Made by a program: the position numbers and the translations under genes. Of a stretch of DNA of 64,000 nucleotides, positions 46,360 to 55,905 are shown one piece after another (positions within the stretch are counted from its first letter, which is position 1; each line of letters opens with the position of its first letter). This stretch comes from Thermoproteota archaeon. Its GTDB lineage: Archaea; Korarchaeota; Korarchaeia; Korarchaeales; Korarchaeaceae. The notes beneath the pieces are model-generated. The model saw only the letters and a program-made list of their open reading frames with translations. It made no database searches and was not told where the DNA came from. Location of the stretch: assembly GCA_027491395.1 (NCBI GenBank), contig JAOZFI010000041.1:32001-96000 (forward strand). Direction: 5' to 3'.

Positions 46360-47543
46360 GATCCCTCCTCCATGAGGCCGAGAACCCCATTGACGAACGC
46401 CTCTCCCCTCTTGCCCTCCCTGTACCAGAGATCGAAGATCCTCAGGGCCAGAGCTCTCACCTCTTGGTCCAGATCTAGAGATGCTACTGCGTTCTGGACC
46501 AGCTCCTCCAAGCCAACTCCGGTGAGGAGACCCTTCTCCTCACCCTCCTCAGTGATTCTGCTCTCCCTGACGATCACGTAGAGAGAGAGGTCCATTAGAG
46601 CCCTCCTGATCTCGAGAGTAGGCATGCCCGGCCTCACGTCTCCCTTCAACGAGAGCTTTCCATACACCACGGGCCTCTCATCGAACTCTTGGGACGTTAA
46701 CTGCTTTTTCAATCCCTCTATCAGGACGTATAGGTCTTGGGTATTGATCAGGGTCTCTGAGAAGTACAGGAAAGGCCTAGTACTCAACCTCAACTCCTCC
46801 ATTTCGATGCAGCCCTTGTCGATCTTCACGGAAAGCACGTACTTCCCCTCTCCAGCTAGGGGGATCTCCCTGGTCTCTATGACCTCCGTGGATCCCGAAT
46901 AGGCGAATATCCTTTTACCACTCCTCCTGACCACCTTATTATGGTAGTGACCCATGGCGACGTAGTCGAAGGAACTCTTGGCTATCTCGGAGAAATCGAC
47001 TTCCGGATAGATGGCTTTTATCATCCCTCTTACGCCCTGATGGAGCATCAAAACCTTGGGACAGCTCTCACAGAGATTCTTGGCTTTTCTGTCTAAGCTC
47101 TCTACTGTGTCAGCTATCTTGACTCCCCTGCTGGCGTAGGGGGCGCCAGCCACCACTACATCACCGATCCTGACCGCGCCGGGCCCCAGTCTCACGAAAA
47201 GCTTCCCGTACCCTAACCTCTCGAAGAGCTTCCTCAGGTTTATCAGAGGTGAGGCTATCCTCTTCCTGACGGTATCCGGTCCCAGTTCGTGGTTCCCTTC
47301 TACTATCGCGATGGGTATGTCTCTCTCCACTATCCTCAGCAAGCCCTCGAAGGCCCTAACGAAGGCCCTGGGATGGGGTCTGTAGCTGTCGAAAAGGTCT
47401 CCGGTATGTATCACAAGATCAGGATCCTGCTGGAGCGCCAGATCTACAGCCATGTCGAACGCCTTGTAGAGGTCCTCCTCCCTCTCGGCCAGATGGAACT
47501 GGGCCTTCCCGAGGTGATTATCGGACATGTGGACTATCCTCAA
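46356..47543 (-). CDS. mre11: Mre11 nuclease (likely TTG start at 47543)
   Basis: SDNHLG, TGDLFD, GNHE, LHQ, GHYH, YSGS. Confidence 0.94.
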   Translation of the reverse strand: MRIVHMSDNHLGKAQFHLAEREEDLYKAFDMAVDLALQQDPDLVIHTGDLFDSYRPHPRAFVRAFEGLLRIVERDIPIAIVEGNHELGPDTVRKRIASPLINLRKLFERLGYGKLFVRLGPGAVRIGDVVVAGAPYASRGVKIADTVESLDRKAKNLCESCPKVLMLHQGVRGMIKAIYPEVDFSEIAKSSFDYVAMGHYHNKVVRRSGKRIFAYSGSTEVIETREIPLAGEGKYVLSVKIDKGCIEMEELRLSTRPFLYFSETLINTQDLYVLIEGLKKQLTSQEFDERPVVYGKLSLKGDVRPGMPTLEIRRALMDLSLYVIVRESRITEEGEEKGLLTGVGLEELVQNAVASLDLDQEVRALALRIFDLWYREGKRGEAFVNGVLGLMEEGS

Positions 47544-47545
47544 GT

Positions 47546-49162
47546 TTACCCCCCTATGGAGTCGTAGTACTCGTCGGTAGATGCGCTCAACCTCTTCCTC
47601 AGGCCTTCCCTCCACATCTCATAGGCTTTCAGGCTCTCCCCTCCCCTCTTCCCCTCGAACAGCCTCACCTTGACTAATGCTGGTATCCTCACCATAGGCC
47701 CCACCACCACGGCCTCGCCCACATCGAGGGAGGGCAGATAGGAGACCATCTCCTCGCTCAGGAACTCGGTTGCCCTCCTCACGTATGCCTGGTCTTCGGG
47801 TTCCACGACCCTCAGTATTATCTTGTTGACCATCTGGGAGAGGACATCGGAGTTGAGCCTCTTGGGCCTCTGACTGACGAGGCACAGACCGACCCCGAAC
47901 TTCCTGCCCTCCTTGGCTATAGATGCAGCAGCTGACGACGTGTAGGTATGCTCCACCGATGGTATGAGGGCGTGAGCCTCTTCCAAGACCGCGAAGACTG
48001 GTGTTGGAAAGTCCTCGTACCCCTTCTGTATCCTCTTCAGCTTCGCCCTCATGAGGATGGTATATAAGGTCTTCCCCACCACGACGTCGGTGAGATCCGA
48101 ATCCAAATGACCTAGATCCACTATTACCAACTTCCCGTAGTTCAGGTGGTCCACCAGTTCGCCGGCAGCCGGCCTGAGGACCCTCCCGTACTTCGACCTC
48201 ACGAAGTCCACCTTAGCTAGGAGGCTCTCGACGCTCCCCCTGTCGCTGCTAGGAAATGCTATGAGAAATCTATCATCGGAATCCTTCTCCCTTAAGGACA
48301 GCTGTATTATGGCCTGCATACCGGCCAGGAAGTTATCCATCTCAGCTTCGATCTCAGCCCTCCTCAGGTACTCTCCAAGCCTTTCCCTGATGAGGAGCTC
48401 CTTTGCCCTCTTGTAAGCGGCCTTCAGGTAGATGAACTGCTTGGGTGCATTATCGTAGGTAACTCCCAGCAGACCACCTAGCTCCTCGACTGTGAGAGTG
48501 TTGGGATCTAGGACGGGATCCACTGTCTCTACCTCGCAGTGGGGACATCCGAACGTCATGCCCGTATACTCCGAGTGCACATCGAACAGTATGGCTACTC
48601 CTCCCATCCTGACTATCTCCTCCAAGATTACGGCCACCGAGTTGGACTTACCGCCACCAGTAACGGCCAGCACGGCTAGATGCCTAGAGATAAGCTCATC
48701 TGGATCCAAATGGACGACTACATCGCCCCTCGTCAGGAGATTCCCCAGCTTTATCCCCTCTCTACCCTCAGGAGGGGCGAAGATCCTTCTCAAGAGGTCT
48801 GCCGGGGCCTTCCTCACGAGAGCCCCCGTTGGAGGAGGCGCCCTAGGGAGGCCAGCTAAATCGCTTCCCGAGAGCACCCCTATCATTCTTATGGTCGCCT
48901 TCAACCAGTCGGATGGTGATCCCACCACTTCAAGTATCGTATCGTAGTAGTTCGCTTGGAGGAGATCACTCCTAGCCAGCTCCAACGCCCCCCTAACCAC
49001 GTTACTGATCATACCCATCAGTTGGGACTCCTCGCTGTCTATCACAACGTAGTCCCCCACCTTGGGCACCACACCAGCATAGGCTATCATCTCGGCCTGC
49101 ACGGGCGTGGAGTTAGGAGCGATTCTCCCCAAAACGTCACTCTCCAATTCTCTCCCTCCCAC
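47546..49162 (-). CDS. herA: HerA DNA translocase
   Basis: HAS-barrel N-terminus, HLAVLAVTGGGKS, EEAH, EGRKFGVG, SQRP. Confidence 0.93.
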   Translation of the reverse strand: MGGRELESDVLGRIAPNSTPVQAEMIAYAGVVPKVGDYVVIDSEESQLMGMISNVVRGALELARSDLLQANYYDTILEVVGSPSDWLKATIRMIGVLSGSDLAGLPRAPPPTGALVRKAPADLLRRIFAPPEGREGIKLGNLLTRGDVVVHLDPDELISRHLAVLAVTGGGKSNSVAVILEEIVRMGGVAILFDVHSEYTGMTFGCPHCEVETVDPVLDPNTLTVEELGGLLGVTYDNAPKQFIYLKAAYKRAKELLIRERLGEYLRRAEIEAEMDNFLAGMQAIIQLSLREKDSDDRFLIAFPSSDRGSVESLLAKVDFVRSKYGRVLRPAAGELVDHLNYGKLVIVDLGHLDSDLTDVVVGKTLYTILMRAKLKRIQKGYEDFPTPVFAVLEEAHALIPSVEHTYTSSAAASIAKEGRKFGVGLCLVSQRPKRLNSDVLSQMVNKIILRVVEPEDQAYVRRATEFLSEEMVSYLPSLDVGEAVVVGPMVRIPALVKVRLFEGKRGGESLKAYEMWREGLRKRLSASTDEYYDSIGG

Positions 49163-50264
49163 TCACCTCCGGAACTAGGAGGTTCCTCGCTAGGTGGGAC
49201 ATGAGATCTCTCCCTATCTTGGCGAGCTCGTGTACCCTCCTAAGGTGATAAGGGTACCCCCTCACAGAGTATCTAGCTAGAGAACCCAGCAGCTCTTCCA
49301 AGAACGATTCATCAGCATCCCCGAGTACCTCCACCCTCAGCGGGTTGGTAGCCCTCTCGAGCCTAGCGTAGGTCAACGTGATCCGGTAGGTATCTTCGAT
49401 TCCCGAGTACTCAGGGAATCGAAGTTCGGCTGACTTAGGGCTCAGGTAGCCAGATTCCAGGCTGGTATATCTCCTCACAACCTCCATATCTGGTAGGCGC
49501 GAGTTAAAGTAGAGCCTGCTGCCTGATCTCTTCGCCACAGCCACCAGAATACCCCCTCCTCTCCTCAGAAGTTCGTTCAGGCTGGAGAGCATCTCGTACC
49601 TTTCTATGAAGGCCATCGTCCTCCTAACCTCGTCCCTCTCGGGCGGTCTCCCCTTCTCATCCTCCAGCACCGAGGTCACGATCTCCTCTATCATGCTCGA
49701 GATGTCCATGAGGTGCGTGTGGGAGAGCAGTCCTTGGGTGAGATCCACGCCCAAGGCCGACTCAACCTCCCTCAAGATCCTCCTCATGGGGTAGGGCACC
49801 TTCTGACCGTAAGGAGTGGACCACAACCCCCTGTCGACCATGGCCAAGAAGGAGCCATCCATGAGCAGGATCTCCGGCTCTAGCTCTAAGGATCTGAGGG
49901 CCATCTTGATCTCCATGGTCTCTCGGCAGAAGGAGACCCTCTCCCTGTAGTGATAGTCGTCCATCACCCCTATCTGGTACTTTCTACCGATCACAGGCTC
50001 GCTATCCTTCATGAAGAGGGAAGCTGAGACCACGAAGATCACCTGGCCTAGGGTGAGGTAGTCGCTGTTGTTGCTCCCATCGACGGCAGCTATCCTCTCC
50101 ATCTTCCCCCGCCCTATACCGCTCCTCCACTCCCTTCTTATCACCGAGAGCAGGGCGTCACCTTCCACTCCGCTTTTCGGGAAGAGAAAGGAGGACACCC
50201 GTGATCTGGCCTCGATCAATGCCTCCTCTATTGACTCAAAGGGCAGCCCTGACTCAACCACCAT
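49137..50264 (-). CDS. nurA: NurA nuclease
   Basis: AAVDGS, LMDGS, VAKRS, GYPYHL..VHELAK; position next to herA. Confidence 0.9.
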   Translation of the reverse strand: MVVESGLPFESIEEALIEARSRVSSFLFPKSGVEGDALLSVIRREWRSGIGRGKMERIAAVDGSNNSDYLTLGQVIFVVSASLFMKDSEPVIGRKYQIGVMDDYHYRERVSFCRETMEIKMALRSLELEPEILLMDGSFLAMVDRGLWSTPYGQKVPYPMRRILREVESALGVDLTQGLLSHTHLMDISSMIEEIVTSVLEDEKGRPPERDEVRRTMAFIERYEMLSSLNELLRRGGGILVAVAKRSGSRLYFNSRLPDMEVVRRYTSLESGYLSPKSAELRFPEYSGIEDTYRITLTYARLERATNPLRVEVLGDADESFLEELLGSLARYSVRGYPYHLRRVHELAKIGRDLMSHLARNLLVPEVSGRERIGE

Positions 50265-50323
50265 TCCAGCTAACTCACGACTGCTAAATTTTAACGTGTT
50301 CCAGTGATTACCTAGGGGATAAT

Positions 50324-51706
50324 TTGGGAGAGCTGGACGTCTTCTTCAAGCCGAGATCGGTGGCTGTCATAGGCGCATCTAGGAACCCTGAGAGAGTTGG
50401 ACACGTCATCCTGAAGAGGCTGATAGAGATAGGGTTCCCGGGGAGGATATACCCAGTGAATCCGAAGGCAGACCAGATACTGGGGCTCAACTGCTACCCT
50501 AGGGTCTCGGACATACCTGGCGATATCGACTTGGCGGTCATAGCTCTGAGGGCCGACCTCACCCCCTCAGCCCTAGAGGAGGCGGCTGAGAAGGGGGCCA
50601 AGGGCGCCATCGTGGTGTCTGGGGGATTCTCCGAGATAGGGAATGAACAGTTGGAGAGGAAACTGCTTGAGGTGGCGAAGAGGCATGGTGTGAGGGTGAT
50701 AGGCCCGAACTGCTTGGGGGTATTTGACCCCAAGGACAGGATAGATACCCTTTTCCTCCCGGAGGAGGTCATACCCCGGCCACGCCCCGGGGAGGTCTCG
50801 ATAATTACGCAGAGCGGAAGCCTGGGAAGTACCCTCCTCACGATGATCAGGAAGGAGGGGAGGGGGATGAGCAAGTTCGTGAGCTACGGCAACAGGCTGG
50901 ATGTGGATGAGGGGGACCTGATTTTGTACTTGGCGGAGGACGATGACACCAAGGTCATCGCGGCCTACATAGAGGGTGTGGCCGACGGGAGGAAGTTCAT
51001 GGAGTCTATAAGGGAGGCTTCAAAGAGGAAACCCGTGGTCGTCCTTAAAGGTGGAAGGACCTCGTCAGGAGACAGGGCCGTGAGGAGCCACACGGGATCC
51101 TTAGCCGGGAGGAGCGATATATTCCAGGCAGCGGTCCTTCAGAGCGGAGGGATCTTAGTCAGCACTTTGAACGAGTTTGTGGACGTTCCGGTGGCCCTAG
51201 CGACCCAACCACCCATGTTCGGGGACAGGGTAGCAGTACTGACGAACGGTGGCGGATTCGGGATACTGGCGGTGGATGCCTTGGAGGTCAGGGGCTTCAG
51301 GGTAACTCCCCCCTCCGAGCAGCTGATGAGGAAATTGAGGGAAATGCTTCCCTCGTACTACCCAGTGGGCAATCCGACGGACCTTACCGGCGACTCCACA
51401 CCGGAGCAGTTCTTGGAGGCTGGACTAGCCTTCGTTGAGAGCGGCGAATATGATGCCCTTTTCCTCATACCCCTGTTCGGGGTCCCCGGGATGGTTCCGG
51501 ACAAGACCGAGAGGCTATTGCTGGAGTTGGTCGAGAGATCCAATATACCAGTGGTGGCCACTGCAGTCCCTACAACCCCTGACGTCGAGGAGGTACTTCA
51601 CAGGATGGAGAAGAGGGGGATACCGATCTACCCGACCCCAGAGAGAGCAGCTGCAGCACTTTACGGGCTCAGGCAGTACGGTCGCTCGGTAGCCCGATCC
51701 CGATGA
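50324..51706 (+). CDS. acdA: ADP-forming acyl-CoA synthetase alpha subunit
   Basis: PRSVAVIGAS, GPNCLG, QSG, SHTGSLAG (phospho-His), TNGGG, NPTDL. Confidence 0.92.
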   Translation: MGELDVFFKPRSVAVIGASRNPERVGHVILKRLIEIGFPGRIYPVNPKADQILGLNCYPRVSDIPGDIDLAVIALRADLTPSALEEAAEKGAKGAIVVSGGFSEIGNEQLERKLLEVAKRHGVRVIGPNCLGVFDPKDRIDTLFLPEEVIPRPRPGEVSIITQSGSLGSTLLTMIRKEGRGMSKFVSYGNRLDVDEGDLILYLAEDDDTKVIAAYIEGVADGRKFMESIREASKRKPVVVLKGGRTSSGDRAVRSHTGSLAGRSDIFQAAVLQSGGILVSTLNEFVDVPVALATQPPMFGDRVAVLTNGGGFGILAVDALEVRGFRVTPPSEQLMRKLREMLPSYYPVGNPTDLTGDSTPEQFLEAGLAFVESGEYDALFLIPLFGVPGMVPDKTERLLLELVERSNIPVVATAVPTTPDVEEVLHRMEKRGIPIYPTPERAAAALYGLRQYGRSVARSR

Positions 51707-51747
51707 ACAAATTTTTTATCCCGTCCCTCGAGGATTCACGGTGATGC

Positions 51748-52458
51748 ATGTTGCCCGGTTTTTGGGAGAGACTCAAGACGAGCATCGAGGCCAAGTTGAA
51801 TAAGCTGTTGGACAACTTCGAGGACCCCCGAGAGCAACTGGATTACGCGTACGACAAGCTCGTACAGCAGCTCCACGATGTGGAGATGGCCCTATCTAGG
51901 GCGATCACCGCTAGGAAGAAGCTGGAGTTCGAGCTGGAGAGGATAGATGAGAAGATAGAGGACCTCGATGATAAGGCCAAGAGGGCCCTCAAGGCCGGTA
52001 GGGAAGATCTGGCCAGGAAGGCCCTAGAGAGAAAGCTCATTCTGGTCAGACAGAAGAAGATATTGGAGGAAAGGATAGCTGACATGAAGGAGGACGAGGA
52101 GAAACTGCTGGAGGTGAGGGACAAGCTCAAGACGAAGATAGACCTGTTCAAGGCAAAGAAGGAGCAGCTCAAGGCGGAATACGAGGCCTCCAAGGCTCAG
52201 GTGGAGGTTCAGGAGATGGTCACCGGACTGTCCGAGGACTTCACATCGGCTGCCGAGATAATAGAGAGGGCCGAGGACAAGGTCAACGAGATGAAAGCTA
52301 GGGCCGCAGCTCTGGACGAACTGGTTGCCACCGGAGGGGCTCTCGATGTCTTGGAACCTGAGGAGAAGGACGAGATAGAGAGGGAACTGGGTAAGATTGA
52401 GCTCCAGAGCGAGCTCGAAGAAGAATTGAGGAGATTGAAGGAGGAAGTTGGGGGCTGA
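51748..52458 (+). CDS. pspA: PspA/IM30 (ESCRT-III superfamily) protein
   Basis: N-terminal amphipathic helix, EDP, A.RAL.AGREDLARKAL, ARAAALDEL; all-helical. Confidence 0.9.
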   Translation: MLPGFWERLKTSIEAKLNKLLDNFEDPREQLDYAYDKLVQQLHDVEMALSRAITARKKLEFELERIDEKIEDLDDKAKRALKAGREDLARKALERKLILVRQKKILEERIADMKEDEEKLLEVRDKLKTKIDLFKAKKEQLKAEYEASKAQVEVQEMVTGLSEDFTSAAEIIERAEDKVNEMKARAAALDELVATGGALDVLEPEEKDEIERELGKIELQSELEEELRRLKEEVGG

Positions 52459-52464
52459 TCCCAG

Positions 52465-52872
52465 TTGCCCTCTCTCAGGGATTTTTTAGCTTATGGAGCG
52501 GGAGCTATCCTGATTTTCTTCGGCTTGGTCTTCCTGATAGCAAGTTCCTACAACCCCTCTAGGGTCTTGCCGGGATTTACCATGCTGCTCTTGGGAGGAG
52601 CAGCCATATACGCTAATATGATGGTTAAAAGGGCCCAAGTATCTGAGGAACTTCTCGAGGCGAGGGTGATAAGGCTCGCTAGGAGGAAAGGAGGGTACGT
52701 GACCGTTGCAGATGTGGCAGCTGACCTGAACCTCCCAGTCGACACGGCCAAGCAGGTCTTGGAGAGGCTAGAGAGGAGGGGCCTAGCATTTCTGGACTTC
52801 AAAAGGATAGGAGATGAGGGGGTAGAGGTGTACAGGATACTGGGCACCAGCAGCTCCGATGAGGAATCATGA
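52465..52872 (+). CDS. Membrane protein: two N-terminal TM helices plus C-terminal winged-helix domain
   Basis: Two hydrophobic segments, then VIRLARRKGGYVTVADVAADLNLPVDTAKQVLERL..GVEVYRI. Confidence 0.75.
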   Translation: MPSLRDFLAYGAGAILIFFGLVFLIASSYNPSRVLPGFTMLLLGGAAIYANMMVKRAQVSEELLEARVIRLARRKGGYVTVADVAADLNLPVDTAKQVLERLERRGLAFLDFKRIGDEGVEVYRILGTSSSDEES

Positions 52873-53196
52873 GACCGGTGTGCCCGGCGGGACCTTCTCC
52901 TCAGGGGTCAGCAGAACGGGTCTGCCCCCTCCCACCACCGCGGCGAGTAGCATACCCTGCGACTCTATGCCCATGAACTTCCTCGGTTGCAGGTTCGTCA
53001 CGACGACTATCTGTTTACCCATTAGGCTCTCGGGCTCGTAGTGCTCTGCCAGGCCCGCGACCAGCTGTCTTCGTTCATTGCCTAAATCCACTACCAACTT
53101 TATGAGCTTCCTGCTGCCTTCAACCCTCTCTGCCTCTATTATCTCTCCAACCCTCAAATCCAGTTTTTTAAAGTCCGAAAACGAGACGTAACCCAT
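52867..53196 (-). CDS. Stand-alone tRNA-binding OB-fold protein (Trbp111/MetRS C-terminal/CsaA-like)
   Basis: DFKKLDLRVG, NLQPRK.MGIESQGMLL. Confidence 0.9.
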   Translation of the reverse strand: MGYVSFSDFKKLDLRVGEIIEAERVEGSRKLIKLVVDLGNERRQLVAGLAEHYEPESLMGKQIVVVTNLQPRKFMGIESQGMLLAAVVGGGRPVLLTPEEKVPPGTPVS

Positions 53197-53304
53197 GGAA
53201 CCCACCCACTCTACGTGAAAGGTACTATTTTTAAATCAGTAAGAAGAACGTTACTCCTGTAAAGGACCGCTAGAAACGGTCCGAGATAAGAGGTGAGAAA
53301 GAGA

Positions 53305-54576
53305 ATGGGAAAGATATCTGTGACTGCGCTGGGTGGAACCCGTGAAGTAGGCAAGAGCGCACTCTTGCTTGAGGCAGGAGGTACGAGGGTGCTGCTGGAT
53401 TACGGCATGAAGCTAATACCCAAGGAGCACCCCGAGTTCCCTCCTATACCTGAGAAAGTGGATGCTGTCCTGCTGACTCACGCGCATTTGGATCACTCTG
53501 GATCGCTGCCCAGGCTGGTTAGCCATGGACACGACGTACCCATCTACGGGATAGACATCACTAGGGAGTACTCCGAGCTTCTGCTGTACGATGCCATAAA
53601 GGTGGCGAAGCTGAAGGGCCATCACATAGGGTACGGACCGAAAGAGGTGAGGAGGATCCTGAATAATTTCAGGCCAGTGGAATTCAACGTTCCCTTCAGG
53701 GTGGGCGACTTGGAGGTCACCGCCGTAAATGCTGGCCACATACCCGGCAGCGCCATGTTCCATATAAAGTACGACGGGACGAGCGTCCTGTACACGGGAG
53801 ACTTCAATACAGTATCTTCTAGGCTGATGCCTCCAGCTGGCATCGATGACATACCGCCGGTAGACATACTCATAACGGAATCCACCTATGCTAGGAAGGA
53901 GCACCCGCCCAGAGCGAAGCAGGAACTCCTACTCAAGGAGATAGTGATAGAAACCCTGAAGTCCAGCGGGACGGCCATAGTCGCTGGATTCGCGATAGGC
54001 AGGCTTCTGGAGGTCGCCATGGCTCTGAGGGCTAGGGGGTTCAAGGGAAGGCTCTTCCTAGATGGGATGGCCCGGAAAAGCACGGAGATAACAGAGTACT
54101 TCTCGAACAGGGTTAGGGACGCTGACGACCTGAAGCTAGCCGTGAGGACCATAACTTCCGTGAGGAACTGGCACATGAGGAAGAAGATAACCAAGAGGCC
54201 CAATGTGGTGCTGACCACTTCAGGTATGCTCGAGGGCGGCCCAGTTCACTACTATGTGAAGGAGAGGAAGGAGGACGAGAACAGCACCATAACCCTGACA
54301 GGCTACCAAGTGGACGGAACCGAGGGAAGGAGGCTGATAGAGGAGGGCAGGATGGAGATAGAGGGAGAAGAAACGTGGATAATGATGAAGGTAAACCAGC
54401 TCAACTTTTCTGCCCACGCCAGTAGGTCCGGTATACTCAAGCTCATCAGGGAACTGAAGCCAGAGAGCATAATGGTGGTCCATGGGGAGGAATCGGAAGA
54501 GTTCGCCAACGAGCTAGAGGATAAGATGGGAATGGCGGCCTTCTCTCCAGAGCTAGGCGAGGAGGTCATATTCTAA
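53305..54576 (+). CDS. beta-CASP metallo-beta-lactamase ribonuclease lacking KH domains (aCPSF2/aCPSF1b-like)
   Basis: THAHLDH, AGHIPGS, TGDF, ESTY, SGML.GG, FSAHA, VHGE. Confidence 0.9.
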   Translation: MGKISVTALGGTREVGKSALLLEAGGTRVLLDYGMKLIPKEHPEFPPIPEKVDAVLLTHAHLDHSGSLPRLVSHGHDVPIYGIDITREYSELLLYDAIKVAKLKGHHIGYGPKEVRRILNNFRPVEFNVPFRVGDLEVTAVNAGHIPGSAMFHIKYDGTSVLYTGDFNTVSSRLMPPAGIDDIPPVDILITESTYARKEHPPRAKQELLLKEIVIETLKSSGTAIVAGFAIGRLLEVAMALRARGFKGRLFLDGMARKSTEITEYFSNRVRDADDLKLAVRTITSVRNWHMRKKITKRPNVVLTTSGMLEGGPVHYYVKERKEDENSTITLTGYQVDGTEGRRLIEEGRMEIEGEETWIMMKVNQLNFSAHASRSGILKLIRELKPESIMVVHGEESEEFANELEDKMGMAAFSPELGEEVIF

Positions 54577-54578
54577 AA

Positions 54579-54830
54579 TCACACCCTTATCCCCACTATC
54601 CTAACCTTGGCCTCCTTCACCCCCTCAACGCTCTCCGCCGCCTTCTTTATCGCTAACGCGAGAAGATCTGCATAAGGGCAGAAAGGAGTCGTGAGAGTGA
54701 ACTCCACTGTCACCACACCGCCTTTCTCCTCTACTTTCTTTATCAGGCCAGCATCCACCATGCTCACTTTGAGCTCCGGATCCTTGACCTTCCTCAAAGC
54801 CTCCCATACCTTCCTCTCAATCTCCTTCAC
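54579..54830 (-). CDS. DUF59/SufT (MIP18-like) Fe-S assembly protein
   Basis: VKDPEL..VD.GLI, LTTPFCP. Confidence 0.88.
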   Translation of the reverse strand: MKEIERKVWEALRKVKDPELKVSMVDAGLIKKVEEKGGVVTVEFTLTTPFCPYADLLALAIKKAAESVEGVKEAKVRIVGIRV

Positions 54831-55905
54831 TCCTCCTCATCTCCCTCAGGATGAAATCTAGGGGAAAGATTTGCAACACCTTCCTGTCGTCTGTGGGCAT
54901 GACCTCCACGAGCCTCCCATCCAAACCGAATTCCCGAACTTCCTTGGCGATATCTTGGAAGGTGTATGGATCTATGAGGAGCTTACCTCCGGAGATCACG
55001 CCTCCGTATTTGGTTGAGAGATATAGGAGAGCCTCCTCCGGGCCCTCGATCTCCCCGTAGATAAGGGTGCCCTCATCAGTCGGCTCTTCATACTCCTTCG
55101 CGACATTCTTGGCCCTCCTAGCCCACCTCATCCTCACCTGATATTCCTTCTGGAGGGCCGGGCAATAGTAACCCATGATGCCTGTCTCCCTCTCGACGAA
55201 CTCCAACACCTCCCTCGCAGCCTCCGCACTTCCCTGAACAGCAACCTCGCTGTCCGTCTTGGGCCTTAAACCCATCTTTAGCAATCTATTCCTGTTAGAT
55301 GGCGTGAATTCCAGCTCGTTGAGGTTTATGAAGCTGGCGCCTATCCTGTCTAGGTAGGAAGCGAGTTCCTTCAGCTTCGACACCCAAGGCTCTCTAGGTA
55401 TAGAGGGCATCTCCGCTCCTACGGTGAATCCCTCGTCTAAGGCTAGTACCATCCTCTCCCAGATCCTCCTATCCCAGCTGTGAAATCTGATCTCATCCAA
55501 CCCGGCATCCCTCAGAATGGACAGACTTCTCTCATCTATCCCCACGGCGTTGGTGTACATGTGCGTATGGAAAGAGTCGCCAAACCTGTCCTTCAAGATC
55601 TGGACGTAGTGGGCCACTTTGTCTACTACTAGCGAGGGTTCTCCGCCAGTGATCCCAGCACCTAAGGCGGAAACGAGTTCCGCCTCCCTGATCACATCTT
55701 CATCGCTAGATACTGGGTTCTCGTCAACCAGCACCAAGTCCTTGTCGCGGCGCCACTCGGAGATCGTGCAGTATGGACAGGACTCGTAGAGGGGGCACTT
55801 ACCGGTCACGAATAGGACTATCTTAGCCCCTTCCCAGCAGAGCCCGCAGCCCCTGCTCCAGCCCCTAACCCTGAGCGCACCTAGAGGAAGTTCCTCCATG
55901 ATCAT
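54817..55905 (-). CDS. Radical SAM protein (COG2108-like)
   Basis: [43 protein letters not shown]. Confidence 0.82.
   Translation of the reverse strand: MIMEELPLGALRVRGWSRGCGLCWEGAKIVLFVTGKCPLYESCPYCTISEWRRDKDLVLVDENPVSSDEDVIREAELVSALGAGITGGEPSLVVDKVAHYVQILKDRFGDSFHTHMYTNAVGIDERSLSILRDAGLDEIRFHSWDRRIWERMVLALDEGFTVGAEMPSIPREPWVSKLKELASYLDRIGASFINLNELEFTPSNRNRLLKMGLRPKTDSEVAVQGSAEAAREVLEFVERETGIMGYYCPALQKEYQVRMRWARRAKNVAKEYEEPTDEGTLIYGEIEGPEEALLYLSTKYGGVISGGKLLIDPYTFQDIAKEVREFGLDGRLVEVMPTDDRKVLQIFPLDFILREMRRSEGD

Noticed and set aside
47546-50264. HerA plus nuclease as an anti-phage defence system
   Set aside because: Context with mre11 and rad50 identifies the housekeeping resection machinery.
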